64,000 bases of DNA, from the NCBI GenBank assembly GCA_028826165.1, contig JAPDFW010000113.1, positions 1-64,000 on the forward strand. Direction: 5' to 3'. Each line of letters opens with the position of its first letter. The first letter of the stretch is position 1. Positions 36,269 through 50,500 of the stretch are shown piece by piece. The stretch is from Anaeramoeba ignava BMAN. Its lineage: Eukaryota; Protista; Anaeramoebae. Made by a program: the position numbers and the translations under genes. The notes under the pieces are model-generated. The model made no database searches and was not told the origin of the DNA. It saw only the letters and a program-made list of their open reading frames with translations.

Positions 36269-38229
36269 TCATAAATGATTTTGTTCCAAAACATATCTAA
36301 CAGAATTTGCAATAATTTTAGCACCATCCGTTGATGACAACCAACCATCAGAATAAGCGTTATCCGAAACAGGAAACAAATTCAAAACAACAGCCATTCC
36401 AAAAGAATCATCTAATTTTTTTTCCAGAATAAAAGGAGTACGATCAGTCCATCTAGCAATAACTTTAGAATTTGGAGTAATCAAATCATGTTTAATATGT
36501 TCTGAATATTTTCCACCATCAAAAGATTTGACATTTTCCAAAATTGGATGATCAGGAATATCAAAATTAGTATCCAATAAATATCCTTTATCCCAATTAT
36601 CTTTTCCTGTTTCTAAAGGTAAAAACTTTTCTTTTATTATTCTTCCTTCTAAACATGCATAATTATCCTTATCCAAAATATAAATACTTGCAACTACTAT
36701 TCCTCTTCCTTGAAAATTATTTTTATTACTTGGTTCAATGTATTCTGCTAATAAATTCCCAAGTAATTCTTTATCAAGTGCTGAATTTACTGTTAAAATA
36801 AAAATTCCATCATATTCAAGCATTTCTTCAAGTTTTGGTGTTTTTTCGGAAATGCTTATGATATCAATTTGTTTAATTCCTCCTGATCCTATTGATTTTC
36901 GGACATCTTCAGTCCACTCAACTGAAGAACATGAAGAAAGAAGGAGAACTTTTTGCTAATATTTTAAATTAAATTAAATATTAAATTAAATATTAAATAT
37001 TAAATTAAATATTAAATTAAATATTAAATATTATATTAAATCAAATATTAAATATTAAAAATTAAAAATTAAAAATTAAATTAAATTAAATTAAATATTA
37101 AATATTAAATATTAAATATTAAATATTTTAAATCAAATATTAAATATTAAATATTAAATATTAAATATTAAATTAAATTAAATTAAATTAAATTAAATTA
37201 AATATCAAAATTAAATATTAAATATTAAATATTTTAAATATTAAATTAAATATTAAATATTATATTAAATTAAATATTAAATATTAAATATTAAATATTA
37301 AATATTAAATATTAAATATTTTAAATTAAATCAAATATTAAATATTAAAAATTAAATATTAAATTAAATTAAATTAAATTAAATTAAATCAAATTAAAAA
37401 TATTTACTTCTTCTAAAACAAATTTAGGTATAACTCGAGATGAATTCTTTAAAAATTTCCTATCAGGAGAAATTTGTGCAAAAAATTTAACAATCTCATG
37501 ATCATCAAGTAAATTAGTTTTAGCAACAAAAGCCAAATCCTCCAAATTCATAATTTCAAACCGAATTAAAGGAAGAAAAGTTAATAAAATTTTTCTCAAA
37601 TTTTCTGTTGATTCTTGGATTTGATTTATTGAGTTTTGATATCTTCCCCAATCCAATAGTCTCTGAAACAAAACAATTTCAGGAAATTCAAAATTATTGT
37701 TTGAAAGTAAAAAAGAAAGAGTTTTAGATTGAATTGAATTGAGACAATTTTGCTTCATAAAAAAAGCTTTTGCACGAGCAAATTTCATATCAATTTTTTC
37801 TTTCAGTGAAAAGAACTCTTCATTTATACTAAATTCATAATATTTCAGCCAATTTTCTGGCGATAAATTTCTTGAAAGAAAATTTGAACATAAATTTTCA
37901 AGTCCAATTATTTGAAACTCTTTAGCTCCTCTTAAAACCTCAAGAACATTGTCTTCAGTCAAATAATAAACATCGTCAAGTTTATTGATGTATAAATAGC
38001 GCAAAATTATTGCGAAAATCCATGGATGGAAATGAGGTATTTTGAACTCAGTTATTGTTCTACTTGAAATTATCTCATTTTCTTCACTTGAAAATTGTTT
38101 CTCAAAATATTTACTTTGTAAAACAAGTATAAGTTTGTGTCCATAAAATTCAACTCTTTCAGTTCCAACAATAAATTTCAAATCAGAAAGTTCAGGATTA
38201 TTAAAAATTGAAGAGAAAATTTGTTCCAT
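36269..38229 (-). CDS. BTB-BACK protein with a C-terminal alpha/beta domain (possibly class I GATase-like); two exons
   Basis: LSDLKFIVG..FYGHKLIL..QSKYF, EIVLFQRLLDW, LPLIRFEIM. Intron 37407-36956. Exon 2 KVLLL..TPKLEEMLEYDGIF..LGNLLAEY..PDHPILENVKSFDGG..LNLFP..DGAKIIANSV. Confidence 0.8.
36960..37400. repeat. (AAATATT/AAATT)n intronic microsatellite
   Basis: Directly visible. Confidence 0.9.
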
Positions 38230-38295
38230 CAAAAAAAAAAATAAAAATGAAAAAAATGAAAAAAAATTTTTTCGAATTTTTTTTTGGTTTTTTAT

Positions 38296-40585
38296 TTAAT
38301 TTTTTGAAACAACTCCAAATTGATTATTCCATTCTATAAATTCTTTTAATGAATCTTTAGATAAACTTGGTTTAATAATTCTTAATGAATTTAAAAAATC
38401 TTTCATTTCAATCATTCTAACTTGACTTTCTCGAATTGTTTCAATTTTTTCAATTTCTCTAATTGGTTCCATTGCGGCTTCCTTAGTTAAATGAGTTAAA
38501 TCACTTCCCGAATAATCTAAAATTTGGTTAGTTTGATTTTGAATTAATTTATTCATTTTAAAATTTTTGTTCCACTTTTTTTCAAATAATTTTTTTATCA
38601 TTTTCAATTACATTCAGTTTGTCTTGATAATTTATCAATATCATCTTCATTTAAATTATGTTTTTGATTACGAATCAAATTTAAAATGAGAATTTTTCTA
38701 GCTTCAAAATCAGGTAAAGGAACATAAACTCTTTTTGACTAAAAGAAAGAAAAAAAGAAAAAATTTTTTTATAAAAAAAAAGTGGAACATTTTAAATTTA
38801 GAAGAAATAAAAATAATTAAATATCAAAATAGTAAAAGTACCAATCTTCTTAAAACAGCGTCATCAAGATCCCAAGGTCTGTTTGTTGCTGCCATTATTA
38901 AAATGCGATCATTTGAAGGGGTTGTTGCTCCATCCAACTGAATAAGAAATTCTGTTTTAAGTCTTCTTGAGCTCTCGTTTTCATTCTGTTTTCTTTTGCT
39001 TAAAATGGAATCAATCTCATCAACAAAAACAATTGAAGGTTGTTTTTTTCTTGCTAAAAAAAACATCGCTTTAACCAATTTTTCACTTTCTCCAACCCAT
39101 TTGGATGTCAATGAAGAAGCACTAATTGAAAAGAATGTACAATTAGATTCTGTTGCTACAGCTTTTGCTAACATTGTCTTATTTTGTTGAAATTATATTT
39201 GATTATTTTTTTTTTTGGAAAAAAAATGCAACAATTTTCGATAAATCAATATTTTTGTTAAAAAGAAAAAAATCATTAAATAGAACAAGTTTGAATTAAT
39301 CATCAATTTAAATAATTCCTTTGTTTTTAATTCATAAAAATGTTATTTGAGTAAAATATACTTTTCCATTTCCAGGAGGCCCAAAAAGTAATAAACCTTT
39401 TGGTGGTTCTCTCAAACCTGTAAATAATTCTGGTCGAATTTGTGGCAATATTACAAGTTCAGATAATGCTTGTTTTGCAAATGAAAGTCCTGCAATATTT
39501 TCCCATTTAACTCCAGAAGAAGAATCCATGATTTCATTTTCAATTTGATCAAGTAATTCTTTTGAAACTGGTAGTTTTTCTTCGTTTAAATTGTTTTTTT
39601 CATTTCCATTTTTTTGTCTTAAATTTATTTGTTTTTTTGGTTTTTGTTTTGATAAAGTTCTTTTTGGTATATTAAATCGATTTGTTTTTTGGCTAAATTC
39701 TTTATTTGTTTTGAAATTTTTTGTATTTTTGATGATATTTTTTTTATGAATTTTTGGATTTGAATTTGAATTTGAATTTAAATTTGGATTTGAATTTAAA
39801 TTTGAATTTGGATTTGAATTTAAATTTGTTTTTTGATTTAAATTTGAATTTAAATTTGGATTTAAATCAATTTTCTTGATTAAATTTCTGTTTTCAAGTT
39901 CGAGTTTAATCGGGTTTCTTTCTTCTTTTTTTGTATTTATAAGTGAAGGAAATTTATAAATATTTTGTTGTATTGTAAGAAATTGAATTCTTTGCTCCAC
40001 TAATTTTAGTGTCTCTTCCATTTTCTAATTAATATAAAATTGATCATTAATTTTTTTCATTTTTCGAATTTTTTTTTTTAATTTTTTGATCATCAATTAT
40101 CATTTAAAACAATATATATATATTTATATATTGAATTATATATCATTTATGAAATTTTCTTTTGATAAATGCATATGATTTATTTTATGAGGTTTTGCTT
40201 ATTTTTTATAATATAATTTTTTGATAAAATTAAATCAAAACAAATGTACTTTTTTCATTTGATTTGATTGAATATTTAATTTTTCTGAAGGTATTTTAAA
40301 AGCTTCTATAATAAATTTCTTTCCTTCAATATAATTATTTAAAGCTTTTTGTGGTTCTATTTTATCATAATATAATCCAATATCTATATAATAATAACTA
40401 ATATTATGAAGAATTTCAAATTCATTTTTTATTTTTTCAATTTTTTCCTTTTCTTCTAATTCTTTTAAAGTTAAAAGGAATTTAAATTTTGGTTTTGTAA
40501 ATAATTTAAAAAGAGAAAGAATAAAGAAAATAAAAGAAATTATAAAGGAAATAACAGTTATTTTTTGAATTAAAAATTTTTCCAT
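38296..40585 (-). CDS. SPAST: Spastin-like microtubule-severing AAA ATPase, five exons
   Basis: N-terminal hydrophobic helix and MIT-like region. [33 protein letters not shown]|[66 protein letters not shown]. Confidence 0.88.
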
Positions 40586-40720
40586 TTTTTTTTTAATTAA
40601 AATAAAAAAAATAAAGGAGAAAAATAAAAAAGGAGAAAAAAAAAAAGGAAAAATAAATTTTTTTTTTTAATTTCTTTTTTTTTTCATTTTTTTTTTTTTT
40701 AAAAAAAGACAAAAAAGACA

Positions 40721-43556
40721 ATGAATGATTTGGGAGAAAGAGATTCAGAAGTTAATAAGAAGAATAACATGGAACTTGATGAATTAATTAAACAAGATAA
40801 ACAAACAAAGAGAACTTTTAGACGTAAAAATTTTAATCAAAATTTTCAAAGAAATCCTCGTTTTCGTTCTAGAAATACAATTGGAAAAAGAATTGAAAGA
40901 AATCCAAGAAAAGCTCCAAGAAGATTTGTTCAATCAAGACCCCAAAATTTTAATATGAAACAAAATTCTCAACAACAAGTAATTTTATAATTAATTTTAT
41001 AAATAATTTTATAAATAATTTTATATTTAATTTTATATATAATTTTATATTTAATTTTATAATTAACTTTATATTTAATTTTATAAATAATTTTATAAAT
41101 AATTTTATAAATAATTTAATAAATAATTTTATAATAATTTTATATTTAATTTTATATTTAATTTTATATATAATTTTATAAATAATTTTATATTTAATTT
41201 TATAAATAATTTTATATTTAATTTTATATTTAATTTTATATTTAATTTAATAAATAATTTTATAAATAATTTTATAAATAATTTTATATTTAATTTTATA
41301 AATAATTTTATAAATAATTTTATAAATAATTTTATAAATAATTTTATAAATAATTTAATAATTAATTTAATAAATAATTTAATAAATAATTTTATAAATA
41401 ATTTTATAATTAATTTAATAAATAATTTTATAAATAATTTTATAATTAATTTTATATATAATTTTATATATAATTTTATAATTAATTATATATATAATTT
41501 TATATTTAATTTTATATTTAATTTTAATTTTATATTTAATTTTATATTTAATTTTTATAATTAATTTTATATTTAATTTTATAATTAATTTTATAATTAA
41601 TTTTATAATTAATTTTATAATTAATTTTATAATTAATTTTATATTTAATTTTATATTTAATTTTATATTTAATTTTATATTTAATTTTATATTTAATTTT
41701 ATATTTAATTTTATATTTAATTTTATAATTAATTTTATAATTAATTTTATAATTAATTTTATATTTAATTTTATATTTAATTTTATATTTAATTTTATAT
41801 TTAATTTTATATTTAATTTTATATTTAATTTTATATTTTAATTTTTTTATATTTAATTTTATATTTAATTTTATATTTAATTTTATAAATAATTTTATAA
41901 ATAAATTTTATAAATAATTTTATAAATAATTTTATAAATAATTTTATAAATAATTTTATAAATAATTTTATAAATAATTTTATAAATAATTTTTATAAAT
42001 AATTTTTTATAAATAATTTTATAAATAATTTTATAATTAATTTTATAAATAATTTTATAAATAATTTTATATATAATTTTATAAATAATTTTATATTTAA
42101 TTTTATATTTAATTTTATAAATAATTTTATAAATAATTTTATAAATAATTTTATATTTAATTTTATATTTAATTTTATAAATAATTTTATAAATAATTTT
42201 ATAAATAATTTTATATTTAATTTTATAAATAATTTTATAAATAATTTTATATTAAATTTTATTAAATTTTATATTAAATTTTATATTTAATTTAATAAAT
42301 AATTTTATTAATAATTTTATATTTAATTTTATAAATAATTTTATATTTAATTTTATAAATAATTTTATAAATAATTTTATAAAATAATTTTATATTTAAT
42401 TTTATAAATAATTTTATATTAAATTTTATAAATAATTTTATAATTAATTTTATATTTAATTTTATAAATAATTTTATATATAATTTTATATTAAATTTTA
42501 TAAATAATTTTATAAATAATTTTATATTAAATTTTATATTTAATTATATATTTAACTTTATATTTAATTTTATAAATAATTTTATATTTAATTTTATAAA
42601 TAATTTTATATTTAATTTTATAAATAATTTTATATTTAATTTTATAATTAATTTTATAAATAATTTTATATTTAATTTTATAATTAATTTTATATATAAT
42701 TTTATAAATAATTTTATATTTAATTTTATATTTAATTTTATAAATAATTTTATATTTAATTTTATAAATAATTTTATATTTAATTTTATAAATAATTTTG
42801 TAAATAATTTAATAATTAATTTTATATATAATTTTATAAATAATTTTATATTTAATTTTATAAATAATTTTATAAATAATTTTATAAATAATTTTATAAA
42901 TAATTTTATATTTAATTTTATATTTAATTTTATAAATAATTTTATAAATAATTTAATAAATAATTTTATATTTAATTTTATAAATAAATTTTATATTTAA
43001 TTTTATAAATAATTTTATATTTAATTTTATAAATAATTTATAAATAATTTTATATTAAATTTTATATTTAATTTTATAAATTAGAACCGAACTTTTATCA
43101 GAAACGAACAAACAAAACCAAGAAATATTGTTATTGAAATTCAAAAACCAAGAAACTTTGGAGAATCAAGAAACACAAATCAAAGATTTCCAAGAAGCAC
43201 GAATCAAAGATTTTCAAGAAACACAAATCAAAGATTTCCAAGAAACACAGATCAAAGATTTCCAAGAAACACAAATCAACTTAGATTCAATCGATCAACA
43301 CGACCACAACAATCAACACGAACATTTCCAAGAAATCCAACTAATTTTAATCGTTCTCAGGATCAAAAATCAAATCAAAGATTTGTGAGAACAGTTCCAA
43401 TGGGGTCTAAACCTAATAATGTATTACAAATTTATATTTGAATTTTATATTTAATTTGATAATTAATTTTATATTTATATTTATTAGCCATCTGGAAACC
43501 AAAGCAAACCAATTTCTTTATCTGAAAGATTTGATAATCAACACAAAAATTTTTAA
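40721..43556 (+). CDS. Arg-rich mRNA export adaptor-like protein (UIF/FYTTD1-like), three exons
   Basis: N-terminal MELDELIK resembles the UAP56-binding motif (MSLDDIIK). Exon 2 (43085-43420) has RFPRNTNQ repeats. C-terminal ISLSERF resembles MTLNERF. Confidence 0.55.
40979..43084. repeat. 2.1-kb intron built of 12-bp units (TAATTTTATAAA / TAATTTTATATT)
   Basis: GT at 40979, AG at 43084; almost pure A/T. Confidence 0.92.
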
Positions 43557-44164
43557 ATTTTATCTTTCTAATAACAAACTTCAATTATGCTGAATCATTT
43601 CCAATAAAAACAAAGACAAATTGGAACTTCACCATTTGCCAACCAAACAAAAAAATTATTCAATTTTATCTTCAAATTATTATTTATTCCAAAAAAAAAA
43701 AAAAAAGATCTCTCAACTAACTTAATCAATTATCATTTTTATGATCTTTATTTGAAACTATTTTATTATTGATTTATTGATTTATTGATTTATTTATTTG
43801 CTGTTCAAAATATTAGATTCTCTTTTTCCCTTAAAATTTAATTATCAATGTTTAAAATTTCAAAAAAAAAACATTTTAATTGATATTGAAATTGAAAATA
43901 TATATATTGATATTGATTTCATTAAGATATATTGATTTTTGATATTGAACAATTTAACTTCTGTTTATGTTTTAAACTTCAAATTATTTCAAAGAGAGAT
44001 CATTTCAAGGGGAAAGAAAATTTTTTTTTTCATTTTTTGATTTAATTACAAATTCATATTGATTTTAAATTCTGCAACATTACAAATTCCATTCATTTTT
44101 AATTACACTTAACAAAACAAAACAAATTTGAAAAAGAAATATTTAAAGATCTTTAGGTTTTGAA

Positions 44165-44830
44165 ATGAAATTTAAATTAGAAAAGAAGCTGAAAAATTAA
44201 ATTGGAAAATTAATTGAAACATTTCCAATTATTTTTACTTATAATTAGATTTAATTTAAAGCTGAAAATGAAAAAAGAAATGAAAAAAGAAAAAAGAAAT
44301 TATTTGGTATAATTAAATTTAATTAATGAATTCAAAGCTGAAAAGAAATGAAAAATGAAATTATTTGGTATAATTTTACTTATAATTATAATTTAATTTA
44401 TTTAATTTAACTTAAAGCTGAAAAGAAATGAAAAATGAAAAAAGAAATTATTTGGTATAATTTTATTTATAATTAATTTAATTAATGAATTCAAAGCTGA
44501 AAGGAAATGAAAAAAGAAAAATGAAATTATTTGGTATAATTTTACTTATAATTAAATTTAATTAAATTAATTAATGAATTTAACTTAAAGCTGAAAAGAA
44601 ATGAAAAATGAAATTATTTGGTATAATTTTACTTATAATTAAATTAATTTAATGAATTTAACTTAAAGCTGAAAAGAAATGAAAAATGAAAATATTTGGT
44701 ATAATTTTATTTATAATTAAATTAAATTTAATTTAACTTAAAGCTGAAAGGAAATGAAAAAAGAAATGAAATTATTTGGTATAATTTTACTTATAATTTA
44801 ATTAAATTAAATTAAAGCTGAAAAGAAGAT
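44165..44830. repeat. Intergenic ~70-85-bp tandem repeat (AAAGCTGAAAAGAAATGAAAAATGAAATTATTTGGTATAATTTT)
   Basis: About 9 recurrences of AAGCTGAAA. Confidence 0.85.
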
Positions 44831-44894
44831 GAATAATTATTGAACAAAAGTATATTGATTTCTTTGTGTAACAATAAAGGTAATTCAAATTGGA

Positions 44895-45298
44895 AAAGAA
44901 AACAAATTCAAAAACAAATTTAATAACAAATTCAAAAACAAATTCAAAAACAAATTTAATAACAAATTCAAAAATAAATTCAAAAATAAATTTAAAAACA
45001 AATTTAAAAACAAATTCAAAAACAAATCCAAAAACAAATCCAAAAACAAATTTAAAAAACAAATTCAAAAAAACAAATTCAAAAACAAATTCAAAAAACA
45101 AATTCAAAAAACAAATTCAAAAATAAATTCAAAAAAACAAATTCAAAAACAAATTCAAAAAAACAAATTCAAAAACAAATCCAAAAAAACAAATTTAAAA
45201 ACAAATCCAAAAATAAATTTAAAAACAAATCCAAAAACAAATTTAATAACAAATTCAAAAACAAATTCAAAAAAACAAATTCAAAAACAAATTTAAAA
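44895..45298. repeat. ~12-bp repeat (AAAAACAAATTC)n
   Basis: Directly visible. Confidence 0.85.
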
Positions 45299-45517
45299 AG
45301 ATTGTAAAAAAAAGATTTAATTTAGATTTAGTTTTGATTTAGATTTAGATTTAGATTTAGTTTTAATTTAGATTTAGATTTAGATTTAGTTTTAATTTTG
45401 TTTTAATTTAAATTTAATTTTGGTTTAATTTTTTTTTTGATTTTTATTTGAATAAAATTATTTTTTTTTCATTTTTTTCATTTTTTTTATTTTTTTCATT
45501 TTATTTAAAAAAAGAAA

Positions 45518-47105
45518 ATGAATACAAAAAAAGAAAATGAATTAGAAGAAAATATTAAAAGACGAAAAACAAAACAAAATAAAAATAAAAATCGAAAATC
45601 AAATTGAAAATCAAAATAAAAATCAAAATCAAATTGAAAAACTTCCAGAAAAAATACAACAAACTGAATCAAAAGAAAATATAAAAGAAGAACCTGAAAA
45701 AATTACTAATCAAACAAGAAAAGAAATTGGAAAATTAATGAATATGATTAGAGATGTTTTGCCAGAAAATGCAAATCAAAAAAATGATGATGAACTTTCT
45801 CAATTTGAAATCAAAAAAGAAAAACGTAAAAGAAAAAAAAACCAAGAAAAACAAGAACTTAGAGACTTCTACTTGTCAGAAATCCAACAGAGAAAAGAAA
45901 ATCAAAATCAAAAATCAAAAGAAAAAATTAACGGAAATAAAACAAACCAAAATGACATCAAAATAAATGATTCAAAATCTGATGTTGATGATGAAAATCT
46001 TGAAGAAAAATTACAGGATTTTGATTCAGAAAGTGATGTTGATGAAGAAACTTTAATAACGGATGTTGATTTAATTAAGAAGTTTCGAAATCAAGAAGAA
46101 GAATATCAAAAAGTAGAGAAAATATTGGAAAGAAAATTCATCGATTCAATGGAAAAGGAAACTGATTTTGAAGAAAAGGAAAGAAAAAAAAGAATATATC
46201 AAATGTTTGGAGACAAACGTAATTTTGGATTTAAATTGGAACCATTGAATTTCAAGACAGAATTACATCATGGAAATTTTGACAAATACGGAAATTATTA
46301 TGAAAATAAACCAATTGATCAAGAAGATATTGAAGATATCCAAAAACAAAACGAAAAAAGAGAGCAGAAATTCAAAGAAAAATTCGAGAATTATTATGAG
46401 GATTATGATGATGAAGAAGACGATAATTTCCAAAAAGATGCTTGGCTTGAATCTTTGGAAAAATATGAGAATTGGCATAATAAAGTTGGTGTTGCTGAAA
46501 TGGAACAATTTGAAAAGGGTTTTAATAGAAGAAGATCAGCTCAAATGAATCAAACAAATAAAATGATGAATTTGGAACAAAATGAAAAAAACGGAAATTT
46601 GGAACAAAATGTCAAAAATGTCAAAAATCAAAAAGAAAATCCAAAAGAAAATTCAAAAGAAAATTCAAATGAAAATTCAAAAAAAGAAAAAAAAGAAAAA
46701 CTTATTATTCAACTTCTTGAAGCTTTAATTTCTCTTCTTAATTCAAATGAAACTCCTTTAGAAGCTATTAGAAGATTTGGAAATAATTCTCAACTTGATA
46801 AACTTTCACTTGCAACTGATTTTGCAACAAAATTAATGGAAAATGGTTTTAATGATATTTATTATAATCAAAAAGAATTTCTTCAAAAAGAATATGAAGA
46901 AAAGAAAATTGAATTTGAACAAACAAAAACTTCTTCAAAATGGTTTTATAAATGGGAAGAAAGTTCAAATGCACAAGTTTATGGTCCTTTTTCTACTCAA
47001 GAAATGAAAGCTTGGGTTAATTCAGGTTTTTTTAAAAATGTTTTTGTTAAAAAAGTTGATTCTCAAATTGATTTTCAACATATTTCTAAAATTCAATTAG
47101 ATTAG
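45518..47105 (+). CDS. CD2BP2: CD2BP2/Lin1/U5-52K-like GYF-domain protein
   Basis: LEPLNFKTELHHGNFDKYGNY, DAWLESL, ETPLEAIRRFG, and C-terminal WFYKWE..VYGPFSTQEMKAWVNSGFF. The upstream ATG at 45518 needs a 1-nt indel correction. Confidence 0.85.
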
Positions 47106-47533
47106 AATTATTTTCTTATTGAAACAAAACAAAACAAAACAAAACAAAATAATAATAATTTTTTTTTTTGAATTCAAATTTTAATTCGAAATTAAAAAGA
47201 AAAAAAAAGAAATTTTGGATTAAATTTTGGATTGAATTTTGGATTAAATTTTGAATTAAATTTTAGATTAAATTTTGAATTAAAATTTGAATTAAATTTC
47301 AATTAAATTTTGAATTAAATTTTCAATTAAATTTTTAAATTAAATTTTTATCTAAATTTTGAATTAAATTTTGAATTAAATTTTGGATTAAATTTTGAAT
47401 TAAATTTTCAATTAAATTTTGAATTAAATTTTGAATTAATTTTGGATTAATTTTGAATTAAATTTTGGATTAAATTTTGAAGTAAATTTTGAAAAGAAAT
47501 TGAAAAGAAAAGAAATTGAAAAGAAATGGAAAT

Positions 47534-50500
47534 TTAATCTGAATTGTAAATTAATGGAGTTCCAACTGAATAAGTTTCAAATCCAATTTTTCTAGCTTCT
47601 TTTTGATCGATAACATTTCTTCCATCAAAAATATAAGCAGGTTTTTCCATAATCTTATAAGTTTCTGCCAAATTTAATTCTTTAAATTCATCCCAATCTG
47701 TAAGAATTAAAATTGCATGTGATTCTTTAATTGAATCTTGAGCATTTGAAACAACAGTAACTTGTTTTTCTAAATTAACATTTGGAGTTAATGCTTGTAA
47801 ATCTCTTAAAATTGTTTCTTTTGTTGCCTTTTTTAATTTTAATTTTAATTTTAATTTTAATTTTAATTTTAATTATAATTTTAATTTTAATTATAATTTT
47901 AATTTTAATTTTAATTTTGATTTTAATTTTATTATTAATTTTAATTTTAATTTTATTATTAATTATTAATTTTAATTTTAATTTTAATTTTAATTTTAAA
48001 TTTTAATTTTATTATTAATTTTAATTTTAATTTTAATATTAATTATTAATTTAATTTTAATTTTGATTTTAATTTTAATTTTAATTTTAATTTTAATTTT
48101 AATTTTAATTTTTAATTTTAATTTTGATTTTAATTTTAATTTTAATTTTAATTTAAATTTTAATTTTAATATAAATTTTTTAAACACACTTTTGGATCAT
48201 AAATTGAAAGATGTGCTCCTTCCTTAATAAGATAATCTGAAATGTAAATTGCAGGTGATTCTCTTGTATCACTTGTATCTTTCTTAAATGCAAATCCTAA
48301 AACTGAAATTTTCTTTGAAGTAATATTGTTGAACATTTTATTCAAAATTTTCATAACAAATCTTTTTCTTTGATGATCATTCATAATAACAACTTGTTTC
48401 CAATAAGCAACAACCTTTTTAAAAATAATTAAATTTAAATTTAAATTTAAATTTTTTAAATTATTTTTGTTTATATAAACCTCTTTTAAATTGAACCATT
48501 CACATAAATAAATCAAATTGAAAAGATCCTTTTGGAAACATGATCCTCCAAACCCAATTCCTGCTCCAAGAAATTTAGGTCCAATTCTTGAATCAAGACC
48601 AATTCCACGTGCAATTTCATGAACATTTGCACCACTAAATAAAATTAAAATTAATTAATAATTAAAAATTAAAATTAAAATTAAAATTAAAATTCAAATT
48701 AAAATTAAAATTAAAATTAAAATTAAAAATTTATATTCAAATTAAAATTTAATAATTAAAAATAAAAATAAAAATAAAATTAAAATTAAAATTAAAATTA
48801 AAATTAAAATTAAAATTAAAATTAAAATTAAAATTAAAATTTAAAATTAAAATTAAAATTAAAATTAAAATTAAAATTAAAATTAAAATTAATAATTAAA
48901 ATTAAAATTAAAATTAAAATTAATAATTAAAAATTAATAATTAAAATTTAATATTATAATTTATTACGTGACTTCAGCAACTTCAGCAATAGCATTAATA
49001 GAAGAAACTCTTTGAGCAAGAAAAGCATTAGCAGTTAATTTAATAAGTTCACTACTAAAAAGATTTGTTGTAACAATTTGTTTATCATCAACCCAACAAT
49101 AAATTTTTTTCAAAATTTCAATAGCTTTTTGAGCAGATTCAGTATCTTTTCCACCAATAACAACTCTATCAGGTTTTCTTAAATCACGAATAGCAGATCC
49201 TTCAGCCATAAATTCTGGATTTGATAGAATTTCAAATGTAACATTAGGTTGTGCATTTGCTTTTAATACTTTCTCAAGATAACTTGATGTTTGAACTGGA
49301 ACAGTCGATTTTTCTACTATGATTTTATTCGTTTTGGAATATTTCGCTATCATTCTTGCTGTGGATTCAATGTAAGTTAAATTTGTTCCCATTCCGGCTC
49401 CTATTCCAGTAGTTTTAGTAGGTGTTCCAACACAAATGTAAATTAAATCTGCTTCATTAATTGACTAAAATTAAATAATAAATTAAATAATAAATTAAAT
49501 AATAAATAAATTAAATATTAAATAAATTAAATAATATTAAATTAAATAATAAATTAAATAATAAATAAATTAAATAAAAAAATTAAATATTATAATATTA
49601 AAATAAATAAAAAATTAAATATTAAATAAATTAAATATTAAATAAATTAAGGTGGTAGTTTATTTGTTGGAAAAACAATAAAAAAATTCTTTATTTTTTT
49701 TTAATCCTTTTTATTTTATTTTGCAAATATTCAATTCTTTTCAATTAAAGTTTTCTGTTTTTCAAATCAAGAAATTTTCAGAATTTAATTTCTGGTTTAG
49801 AATATTTTTTTTTGATCATTTTTTCGGGAATTCAAACAATTGATTTTTTGTTTTTCATAAAAAGAAATCAGAAAGCTTTTTCTTTCTTCAGAGAAACTTC
49901 TCCAAATTCTGAGCACTAGATCTTTGAATAAATGAAATATGATATTCCATCTCCCAATGGGGATGATATCTGTCGAGTTATAAAAAAGGAAAATTAGATA
50001 TTGTTTTTTCTAGTGTGGATTCCAAAAATCGGAACGATTATCTCTTCAAAGATCTGTGAGGATCGGAATCAATTCTTGTCAGTTTGGCTCACAAATTCTG
50101 ATTTTAAATTTTGTCAGAACTTAGATTCATCGAGAAATTTTTTCTTGATTTTCGGACAACATATATCCGAATAGGCTATCAAACTTCTCAGGATTAGGTG
50201 AAAAAGAATGAATAGTTTCAATTAGGGAATGAAAAGAATAAGGAGAATTAAATATATCAAATAAAAAATGAGAAAAATCTTTTAAAATAAAAAATGATGG
50301 AAAAGAAAATTTTCAACATAAACCGATCGGTTTAAAGTGGGGAAAATATTTTTCTTCCATACTTCCCCAATGAGAAGAGATATAACCAAAGAAAAATGGA
50401 TTTTAGAAATAAAAACAAAATATAGGATTTAATTATCTGGACAAACAATCCGATAAAGTTTTTGTTGAGAAGATTTTTTTATTAAAAAATAATCAGAAAA

